Assembly: GCA_044892525.1 (NCBI GenBank)
Contig: CM097886.1
Location: forward strand, 126,480,001 to 126,544,000
Origin: Schmidtea polychroa
Taxonomy: Eukaryota
DNA: 64,000 nucleotides
Direction: 5' to 3'
In this document: in pieces, positions 52,302 through 62,800 of the stretch
How the letters are laid out: every line of letters starts with the position of its first letter
Numbering within the stretch: the first letter of the stretch is position 1
The notes under the pieces: generated by a model
Seen by the model: only the letters and a program-made list of their open reading frames with translations
Database searches by the model: none
What the model was told of the DNA's origin: nothing
Made by a program: the position numbers and the translations under genes

Positions 52302-52880
52302 TGGCCGCAACACAATGCAACCGTGCAGGGTGCGAATGGACAAATAAACTATCTTGACTCTTTTTCTTCTTAATCTATTCTCCACCAAGTGTACTTGTTA
52401 TGTAGTGTATAATTCTCTAATGTATCATGATAATAAAATAAAGAAATTTCTGGTTAAATTTTAGTTGTTGTTTAAATCTAACTAGCTGTGGTAAAGATTC
52501 AGAGTAGTGTTCGCAAAGCGAGAGTAAAGTTTGAGTTCGAGAGGCAGTGGTCAATTTTGTGCCGAATAATGGGTCAGGGTAGAGGGAGAATCTGATGAGG
52601 TAAACAGACGTAAGTCCTTCCATCGGCCGTCAGAAAAGGGAAGTCGAGGCCTCAGTAAGGAGTAGTCCTAAGGTAGGGGCTCACCTGCTTACTGGAGTCT
52701 CGCCGACATAGCACATTTCCAACGTGAAGCAATTCGCGGGTGCTATGTTGGAGGGCAAGTTGTGCGGGGTCCTGCTCCGGGTTGACACGGGCGTATGTAG
52801 CGTAATGATATGGGCACGCACCCCCTAGACAAGGACGTAGATTGAGCAGAGTCAACCAAGCACTACCCCAGCATAATTTT

Positions 52881-52898
52881 TGGGGGCTCAGCCGGGAA
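52881..52898 (+). promoter_or_regulatory. Primer-binding site, tRNA-Pro-like
   Basis: TGGGGGCTCAGCCGGGAA vs canonical Pro PBS TGGGGGCTCGTCCGGGAT (15/18), 7 nt after the LTR-terminal CA. Confidence 0.75.
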
Positions 52899-53157
52899 TG
52901 TAATATGGAATTTCTGTCGAATAAGGTGAATTCACCGGGAGGATCGATGTCAATTAGTGGGCGAAAGCAAATTGACTAATGCCTATCGAATCCTATTAGA
53001 AATTACGATTAGAAAATAATAGAATTAAAGATATAAATAAAGTAAATAATCGGGAAATAGGATAAAAATAAAATAAATTATAACGAACTAAAAGAAAATG
53101 TTTGATGAAATAACCATTAATTAGCTGTATATTATTTTTTTTCTTTTCTCAATAGAC

Positions 53158-53643
53158 ATGACGGAATTCGCAGAACAGATGCAACAATTAATTAATTTCA
53201 TTAATATAGAAAACGACCCTATTAAAACACTCATACAAAAAGGAAAGCGAATCAACAGCATTTTACTCCAAGCAATCGGACATGCACCAGGCGTACCTAA
53301 TCACGTGTTATTGGCCGCAGGTTTAAGCCACCCAGATGAAAAGATAAATCACGAAACAGTATATCAATGGTACCTAAAACGACTAAAAAACCCGGCCCTA
53401 AATCTAGAATACGAGCGAATAAAAGATCAACTACATACAATATCAGAGGCAATCGAACAAAAGATACAAGAGAAACTCACCAAATTGCGAACCTGTCTGT
53501 CTTGCAATCTTCGCCCTATACGCATACTATTCTTACCTTGTGGACACCTCAGTCATTGTGAAGAGTGCGTGAAAGATCTGAAACGATGTGCAATATGTAA
53601 AAATGGGATAAAAGAAACCCATATGGTTTATTACGGTGATTAA
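53158..53643 (+). CDS. 161-aa protein with a C-terminal IAP-type C3HC4 RING finger and no BIR domain
   Basis: CLSC-X11-PCGHLSHCEEC-X6-CAIC at the extreme C-terminus; polypyrimidine tract and AG at 53154-55; AATAAA at 53759 then a T/GT-rich tract. Confidence 0.9.
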   Translation: MTEFAEQMQQLINFINIENDPIKTLIQKGKRINSILLQAIGHAPGVPNHVLLAAGLSHPDEKINHETVYQWYLKRLKNPALNLEYERIKDQLHTISEAIEQKIQEKLTKLRTCLSCNLRPIRILFLPCGHLSHCEECVKDLKRCAICKNGIKETHMVYYGD

Positions 53644-54200
53644 AACGACTAACCAGATGCAGTGATGTATATGCGCACTAAATTGATAAAAGACCTTTGA
53701 ATACGAATATATGTACTTTTAAGTGTGAAATAACTTTAATGTTTAATTTTAGTCTCAGAATAAATAAAAATTTTTTTTGTTGTTATGAATTAGATATTTT
53801 ATCTCTTTTAATTACATCTTTGGTTATGAGATCGAATGGAGAAGAATAAAACTAACGTGGAATTAGTCCCAATATAGGCTGCAGGGGTACAAACCGAGCC
53901 ACCTTCGGGCGGTACGTTTTATTGCAAGAACCCGTTGGGAGGGGATAACTGATCAACCCAAGTAAGAAGCGTAGGGCGGGGTACCATCGCATATGATGAG
54001 AAGTTTCTGCGGCATGACTGATCACCATACCAATGTGGAAACGGATCATCGCGATCGTCGTGCGTTTCGAGCAAGGGGGGAAAGGGGAAACACTCTCAAG
54101 CGGTAAAGATTAAGTCGACAAATTAAAAGTAGACAGAGAAAATGGTAATCTAGGGTAAAAGAAGAAAAGAGAAGTAGAAGCATGCAGAGCGGGGAATATT

Positions 54201-54570
54201 AAGATCGAGTTGTTGAATAGTCCAACCGATCAGAAGGAAGAAGATTGAGCTGTTGAATAGTGCCAGCCAGTCGTAAGATCGAGTTGTTGAATAGTCCAAC
54301 CGATCAGAAGGAAGAAGATTGAGCTGTTGAATAGTGCCAGCCAGTCGTAAGATCGAGTTGTTGAATAGTCCAACCGATCAGAAGGAAGAAGATTGAGCTG
54401 TTGAATAGTGCCAGCCAGTCGTAAGATCGAGTTGTTGAATAGTCCAACCGATCAGAAGGAAGAAGATTGAGCTGTTGAATAGTGCCAGCCAGTCGTAAGA
54501 TCGAGTTGTTGAATAGTCCAACCGATCAGAAGGAAGAAGATTGAGCTGTTGAATAGTGCCAGCCAGTCGT
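54201..54570 (+). repeat. Five identical 74-bp units in the retroelement leader; each unit is a 40+34-bp dimer
   Basis: AAGATCGAGTTGTTGAATAGTCCAACCGATCAGAAGGAAG + AAGATTGAGCTGTTGAATAGTGCCAGCCAGTCGT at 54201, 54275, 54349, 54423 and 54497. Confidence 0.97.
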
Positions 54571-55590
54571 AAAGGCCTAGAAAAATGAGAAATAGCAGTC
54601 AAGCTACAATGAGATAATATTTAAATGAATAGAGAAAGGGAATATTAAAGCTAGCTAGAAACAAATTGAATATAATTACGAAAATTTGAGTTTAGAGAGG
54701 AGATAAACGAGCTCGGGGAAAAGATAATAAAATTATAATGAAAAAGGAAGGAGAAGAAGAAAATGAATTAAAGAAATAATGAGAAAATAAAGAATAGGTG
54801 AAATGGAGATAATGAGTAGAAGAAGAAAGTAACTAGCTAGTTAAAGGGATCCCAGTGAAGTAGAGAAACTCTACGGAATTTTTTTTGGGTAAACCGGGAA
54901 AATGTATTTTTATCGGTTCCAGAGTAGAACCGAGTGGGATAATAGTAAATATGAAAAGTAAAACAGCGACAACAGCGCAAAGGAATAAGAAAACGAAGGG
55001 GGGTAATAAGCAGAGACCGACAACGACCTATTTTTACTATAATTGATAACGAATAGATAACTATTACGACCTTATAGATAATTGTTACTACCCCATATAG
55101 ATAATTTAAAATCGACGGAAAATACGGGCTGATGGGAAATTATAACCCGCAGAAAGGATTTCACAAAAGATAGGGGAAGCAAACAGAAACCTAAAAGGTG
55201 TCTGTTTTTGAATGTTGTAGAAAGAATGATGAAGTCGTGTAAGCAAATGCAACACGAGATCATTTTTTCATTTTAGATATCAAGCCAATCCAGTCAACCA
55301 AGACAATCCAGAACCTGCACAAAAGGAATTCGAAGAAATCGACAATCAACCAAGGATAAATCCATTCAGAACCCGCACCGAGAGACACAGCAACCGGAAG
55401 ACTCCAGAACGGAAGAAGATACAGATAGCGACATCTCCAACTTCGAACGAATCATCGATATATTCAACCTCATAGTATTAGCAGCCATCTGCCAAGGATT
55501 AGTAAATCTCCTCAGGATCTCAGTAGCAGATTCATACAGAATATTTATCGAAGGAAACACAATCAGAACCGAACTCGTCCAATTCAATAG

Positions 55591-56840
55591 CCGCTAATTA
55601 CCAAGAAACGCAAGAAAGGAATCACGGATAAACCCAATCTTAGATCTTCAAGTAAGCCAGGAGACGTATTATTTTCAGGAGACGAATTACAACAACTCAA
55701 AAGAGGACGATCTATTAAACATCAAAGAGGAATATCACAAGGAGCAAGAAGAACCAATCAAGTACCCATATTTGACCAAGAAAATCTCGGATATACCCCT
55801 AGTCGATCTCGAAGTAGAGAAAGTCTGTCCGATATCACTTATAGTTTAGCAACGTCAACCGAGGAATTATCAGCCCAAAGTTTAGTCACATCGTTAGACA
55901 ATTTAAAAGAAACAGACGAACCTAGAACACCAATCATGACGAATGTCGTATAAACCGATGAGTATAAAGAGAAGTTCAGAGGAGAACCGTTCAATGGAAA
56001 TGCAAACAAGTTAGCAACGTTCATAACTAATTTTGAAGTTTATATCACTGTGTGTGGATGGACACCCGAAGCAATTAGTAAAAGGATGCCGTTGTTTCTG
56101 TGCGATAGCGCATTAGAGGTATATTTAGAAGCTAAAGAGAGAGATACGAAATTAGAGAAGTGGGAAGATATCAAAACATTCCTGAAGAAAACTTTCGGAG
56201 CTAGCAAACCAATAAATCAAGCACTCGGCGAACTAGCAAATAGGAAACAAATGGCAAATGAATCTATTACGTTATATGCCAGCGAATTGCGGAGATTGGC
56301 AAAGAAAGCAATGAATGGGAAATTACCAGAAGAAAATTTGATCGGTTATTTCATAGAGGGATTACGCCGAGAAGAAGTAAGAGCCTCAGTAGGTTGTCAA
56401 ATGTGCAAAACATTAGAGGAAGCCATAGATTGGGCTACAAGATGCGAGCTCCACCTTCCAGCTCAAATGAATATTATGCAAGAGGAGGGAAGGATAGCGA
56501 CAGCAATAGCGAAAGCGGATAACGGAGATAACAACAATCAAGAACCGAAAATGAATCAATTTATACCAGGAGCGCACCAAATTTTCAAACCACCACAAGG
56601 ACGATCAAATGGGAATAATGGTAATCGTAACAACCCGAATAATGAGAACAATTTCAATAATCGACGAAATATGAACGATAACAAGCAGTGCCGAACATGC
56701 GGTAAACCAGGACACTGGGACAGAGATTGCTATAGAAATTCAAATTGTAATCGTTTAGACGGCGTGGACATACCGAAAATGTATGCCAATTGAGAGGTTG
56801 TTTTAACTGTGGTCAGCCAGGTCACATCTCCAGAGATTGC
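55591..56840 (+). CDS. gag: Gag (capsid plus 3 CCHC zinc knuckles); in-frame TAA at 55951 and a 1-bp deletion at ~56755
   Basis: EPFNGNANKLATFITNFEVY capsid start; knuckles CRTCGKPGHWDRDC (56689), CNR[C]RRRGHTENVC (56746, restored by +G) and CFNCGQPGHISRDC (56799). Confidence 0.9.
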
Positions 56841-59800
56841 CGAGAAAGGGGCCAACAACAACGACCACCACAGCGAAATAATAATTATATAGCGAATCCG
56901 CAACGACAAAGTAACCCTAACGAAGGAAAACAAATGAACGTTATGCAGGAAATTTCGCAGATGAAACAGATGATGCAACAAATGATGAGACCAAGACAAG
57001 AATCAGCACCCCAACAAACCCAGAATATACGTATGATGAGGAGTACCGAAAATCTCAACAATTATGAAGTGCATCAACATGTACAAGAATGGCAAAGGCT
57101 ACAGGCCGAGGAAGAGAGGATAAAACAAGAACGCAACCAACAACGACAAGAACAACCATTGCGAATAAATATGATGAAGTTAGTAAAAGACATGAAGAGC
57201 CAGTATTGCTACAATTACGGGAAAAACCCAAGGGTAATACCCATGACTGAACCAGAAAAGGTAAAAGAAACAACAACGGAAATGAAAACAGAGAATTCAA
57301 CCACGATTTTAAAAGGAAACCAGAGAATTCAGAAAATATTCTGGAAAAAGATAAAAGATAAAATCGAAAAAGAACATAATAAAGCGAAAACCGCGACAGA
57401 AGATGAAAATAACAAGAGCAAGGAACAAACCAGTCAACTAAACCACCAAATGCTACAAGAATTAGAATCAGAAGAAACAACAATATTCGAAAGAAAGAAA
57501 CTAAAGAGAGTACCAAGGATGAGAAACTTGCAAATCAATATGATGAAAAGGATAAAAGATGTAGCATCGTCAGACGAAGAAGAAGACTATGTAAGTAGTT
57601 TGGGTGGAGAAATACTACAGCTAAATGAAATAAGCGAACCTCCAAAAGGGGAAATCAAAGAGGAAGAAAGCGAAAGCGAGATAACCAGTGGAAGTGAAGA
57701 CGAAGATGTCGAAATAAAGTTGAGAAAAGCAGGGGAGGAAGCGATAAAACAGGTAGCCGAAATACTCCCAGTAGTAGTGAGGAACCAAGAGTTCATCGAC
57801 GTAATTCCATTCAGGCGATTCGTGCAAAAAGTGATGAAATTGGAAAGAAACGAGAAAGATCTAATACCAAACGAGGAAAAATCAATTATAAAAAAGTATA
57901 TGGAAAAAATGAAGCAGGCCGATACCACGCGGTATGTAATAAAAATTGGAACGAGTAGAGGACTTGAAAGAATGTGGATAAAAAATACAGTCACCGACGA
58001 ACTTTTCGATTGGATACGAGAACATTTGGGAAGTTCGAGAAAGAAAGAATATCTGTATCAATACCAAGGTGAACAGATCAAACCAGATATGCACTTAGTA
58101 GATGCACTGATATGGCCAGGAGAAACGCAAATACTGAAGTTGCATAAAGAAAAACAACCAGCCAACCTTTACGATTGGGCTAAAGATGCCAAGGCAGAAT
58201 ATGATTTTAATATCAAATTGAAATTAGAACAAATAAAACAATGTACTCTGAGACGAAACCTGGATAAGCTGATCAAACAAATTCAAGAACAAGTAGAAGA
58301 CAACTGGGATTTACTCATCACCAGACGAGCCCCAGCCATGTACGAACTAATGAGCCGGTTGCGAGATACAGAAATGCTCCGAATGAGTGATTGGAGAACC
58401 ATAAATTTGATCCACAAATATGGAAGGTTAAAAGAAACCCAGCCACAGAGGTTGGAAATAACCATATGGTTACCGAACGAAGAGAAACGACGAATAAAAA
58501 TGAGCAATCAGAGTACAGTAGATGACTTGGTATCAAAAATAAACCAAGAGATAACGGAAAAGGTACGTAGCGAAAGTAGTGATGGTATGGTGGATGATGT
58601 AGTCATGATGTACGATAAAATAATATTACGAGCGGAGGACGACACCTCGTTAAGCGAAATGGGTATGTGGGACAATCATCAGATAATCAGGATAGTACCA
58701 ATGGATGAATTCCGAACAAGAGATGTAACCTATCAAAAAGAAATACGAGACCGGATGAAAACGTTATATCAAAAATCTACAGAAATAATTGAAATCCACC
58801 AACAATGGTTAAAAGAAAAAGAGCTACAAGGAAAAATCACGAAACTAAGTACCAGATCCTGCAGACGGACTCCATGGGAAAGAGTGTGGAATACAGAAAA
58901 TAAGGAATGGGAAATCAGGAAAGGGATCTTCGTAGAAACAGACATTGGTGAGACAGAAAGTGAATCGGAGGAAGAAGAAGAGGAACCTCCAGAATATGAA
59001 GAGGAAGCAAGGGAACAGACATCAGATGACGAAGGCGAGACGGATGTCACATCAGAAAGCGAAAATGAAGCGAGACATATTCATGCAATGAGGAAAAAGG
59101 AACGTGAATATGCTGATATGGACGGCGAGGAAGCAATAGAAGCAAGAGAGCGGGAAGAGAAAGAAAGATATAAACAATTAGGCGATATCTTAGCAATGGG
59201 AGCGAAAAATCAAAAACGCCAAGTAGTAGCGTTGGCTAACATCATCTTAAAGACATCAGAGAACATCCACAATCTGAGAGGAATGGCAAAGGCAATAGAG
59301 GAATACCGGCAATATAATGAATGGTATCCAGAACAGCTAGAACAAATTATTCGAAAATGGAGAAATCAGGAATGGGCACAAGACACCCAGGAGAGGTATC
59401 ACATCCGAATCAAGTATCCGGACAAGAGCATCGAGGAACTAGAGGTACATCCAACAACAAAAATTAGAGAATTAAAAAAGAAATTAGCATATGAAACTCC
59501 ATTCCATCTGCAACTATTCGGAAAATCACTAGACGATAATGCAGACGTCGGGATAACACCCATGAGATTGGAAGAGACAAATGTATTAACAATGGCAGAA
59601 ACGTTGGGGAAACCGTTAAAAAGGAAAAGTAAAATTACTAAACCAACAAAAGGCAGTTTGAGTACTCCAAGTCCGAACAAAGCACCAAGTAAATCTAATG
59701 AAACTGAAGAAGTTGAAGAGATAATCCTGGAAGATAGTGACGATGAACCAGGAGAAAGATCACCGCTATTAGTGAGATGGCCGACAGGAGCCGAAATGTG

Positions 59801-62800
59801 GACTAATAACCAGCCATCAACGAGTTATCAACAACCAACGAAACTGAACATCAAAGAAATCATCGACAATACTACGGAAACCGAAACGGATGAACAATTC
59901 CAGAAGCAAAGAGAACCAACGAAAGTAACACCAGAAGGTCAAACCGACAAAATAATAGACGAATGGAATGAGTGGCTAAGAAATAACGATAGCTCATTAC
60001 CCAGAACGGATAACGAAAGAAATCCGAATTACGAAAATACCAGAGAAGCCGGAACGATGATGGAAAAACGGGCAAAAGGAAGACCTAAGAAACAAGGAGA
60101 AAAGTCTGAGTTCAAAACCAAAGAACAATTAAAGCAAGAACAAGGGCAAGTTCGATTAGAAAAATTGGATAAAATAGTATGGGATCTAAAGGAAGCCCAA
60201 CCAACGATCGAAAGAGGAGAAAAATGGATACGTGAATTGTTAAAAGATATGTTAATAATAACAAACCCACAACTTAGACGTTTGTGGCAACGGAAAGTAG
60301 CCAGTACGGAAGCTAGACAATTATGGCACACCATTTCGGGGATAATCCCAAAGTTAATCAAAGAGAAAACGAAAACCACCAAAACGGATTGGGACGAAAC
60401 GAAGAAAGTGATTGAACAGCTCACGACAAATGCAAATGATGACGAACATCATCTAGTGGTAATCACGTATTTGATGTATAATTTGATGGGACTAGCTGCG
60501 AGGAAAATACCAAATAAACAGTTTGCAAATCATGTGGAAATGACCGTTTCAATCATAGAGAATACTATTGAACCACATATTATTCGTGCAGGAGGATGGA
60601 AAAGACTGATACAAGCGCCACGAAAAAATGAGCAAGAAAGGTCGATGCAAGTTAGATTGAAAAAACTGTTAAATGAACTAGAATGGGAACTACCGATGAA
60701 AGATCCCGCAAGCAGAAAAGCATCAATAAATTCGTTAATGATGACTATGATGATATGGATGTTGTGCACAAGTGGAGCAACAGGTTTTACCATCTACGAT
60801 TGTGATAATATGATAATGAGAGATAAATACTCATTGAGAGACATAGAAGAATGCAGACAAGCCTCACCCAACAAATTGGACATCGTGAGAACAAAAGTTA
60901 CTTACCATGTATATCAAGAATCAGATTTCATCAGAACGCAAGCAAGGGAATGCGTAGTATCAAAAAAGGTACTCGCATATTACTGTGGACAATATTCGTA
61001 TTCGACTCTTATACTACCCGGTCTGGATAAAGAAATCGTATCAATACAACGAGAGGACTGTAAAGAGCTATTTAGAACCGGAGCGCTAAAAATGCATAAC
61101 GGAGTGACGATTCACGGACAAACTGGAATGATTAAAACCGAAAGTGTTTACGTATCCGGAAAAGTAAAATCATCAGATGGGTCATGTAACGGAGGTACGT
61201 ATACGATCCGAGGCGAGGTAATATCGGGAGTGGTAGTGATCGAGTCTTATACGGTCGAATTAAAAGAATACGAAGCGCAATTTGACGCAAATAATTATCA
61301 AATGAAGACCAACCCAGCGTGTAAAGCTACAGAAAACGTATGCAGGACAGGAGTATCAACTATAATCTATGATGCTAATACCCAAAAATGCCGACTCCAA
61401 CTGTTAAAAAGTGCTTTGTTCAATGAAGTAAAAGGAGAAATTTACGAGAACGAGAACGACGAGGATGGAAACGACAGAGTGAGAATGCGAAATGGAAAAC
61501 CAATGCCACCATCTCCCAGAGAAAAGAGACTTTCAACGCAGAAGACACCAACAGCATTAATCACAGACGATCCAGATCTAGGTATGAGATTTATCAAAGA
61601 GAAAGAAACCACCAAATGTGACAGTATAGTATATAAAACCAATTACGCAGGTATCTACATGTCGAGACAAATAATCGATAGAGCAGTGGGAAAGATAGCA
61701 ACGGAGGACGTAAAACTATACTTATATGCAAATAATAAAATGGATTTTCTATTTCATCGCGGACAAACGACCTTACAAAAAGTATATTACGATCTGATAC
61801 AAAACGATTGTTCATTGAATAAAGAAATATTGAAAACAAAGCTAGCTATTGCGATAACGCACCCCGATAACACGATGCCATCACTCCCACTACCAGACGG
61901 ACATTTTGGTAGAATGGTAGGAGAAGTGATGTACACATACCAGTGTACCAAGACGTATGCACGAATGCCAGAAAAATCCATACTACCCGAAAAGAGATGT
62001 GCAAATGAATTAGAAATTCGTTATAAAGGACAAAATCGATTCGTCCAACCAGTCACTAGAATCATGAATCCAGTGGGTTTCTACCCAAATCTCTTTAACT
62101 GTTCTAATGCATACGGACCTTTGTATGAAAGACCCGATGGGAAATGGATGATGTTACCGGGAAAAACCATATCCGAGGAACCCAAGAAATTTGGATTAAT
62201 AGAACTCGCCACAGAGCTGGATTTCAAACCTATAGACGTGTCAAACGGTGGTATGTATTCCCCAGAAGATCTAGAAACAGCACGACTTAACGTACTCTTC
62301 CCAGCCAGACGAGAATCCATTTTGTCTAATATGGTAACAATAACTGGGGGCACAAACTATCAATCAGGCCCGAATTACGAGCTGCTATTATCGCCAGACC
62401 ATTTTCAACAAGCTACGTCAAACATGATGAAAGCCATGTGGGGAAGATTCTTAGTTTTTGGACAAATGATGGCCGGGATATTAGGGATCATACTCATAAT
62501 TCAGATAGTTAGAGTAATACTAACACAAATGTTAGCTTGTTTCGATATATACAAGCGGGAAAAGAAAGTTAATTGGAAAATGATAGTAGGTTTCTTACCA
62601 TTTTTAGCTAAAACCATGGTATTACATGGTCACTCAAAAGACATTCATCGGATAAAGCGATTGATTAAAATATTAACAAAGATTAAAGGAACCGACGAGG
62701 AAGTAGGCAGACGATTCCGGAAAGTAATGTACGACGAAACAACAAGACGACAATTGAAAAAGAATAAGCCAAAATTCTTGGACCGATTTAGAAGCCAATC

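Larger units (their letters stand above)
48965..52873 (+). mobile_element. 5' LTR (up to ~3.9 kb) containing an ORF
   Basis: Ends ...CCCCAGCA directly before the PBS. The 3' 1.4 kb is homologous to solo LTR 3863-5817 (ORF; GAGTAGT.CTAAGGTA..GGCTCACCTG). The start TGTTGGGCTGA matches the first 11 nt of the solo LTR. 3' end well supported, 5' end tentative. Confidence 0.7.

Noticed and set aside
53810-53840. Possible second LTR end and PBS (ATTACA TCTT TGGTTATGAGATCG)
   Set aside because: I cannot match it to a tRNA 3' end, and the solo-LTR homology ends at 52873, where a good Pro PBS follows.
54201-54570. CRISPR-like appearance of the 74-bp array (also the 82-bp and 38-bp arrays)
   Set aside because: Units are contiguous with no unique spacers, there are no cas genes, and the context is eukaryotic.
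56745-56793. Programmed ribosomal frameshift or read-through at the end of ORF 56050-56793
   Set aside because: No slippery heptamer is visible, and adding one G (CGT T[G]T AGA) restores both the frame and the missing Cys of knuckle 2; a 1-bp deletion explains it.
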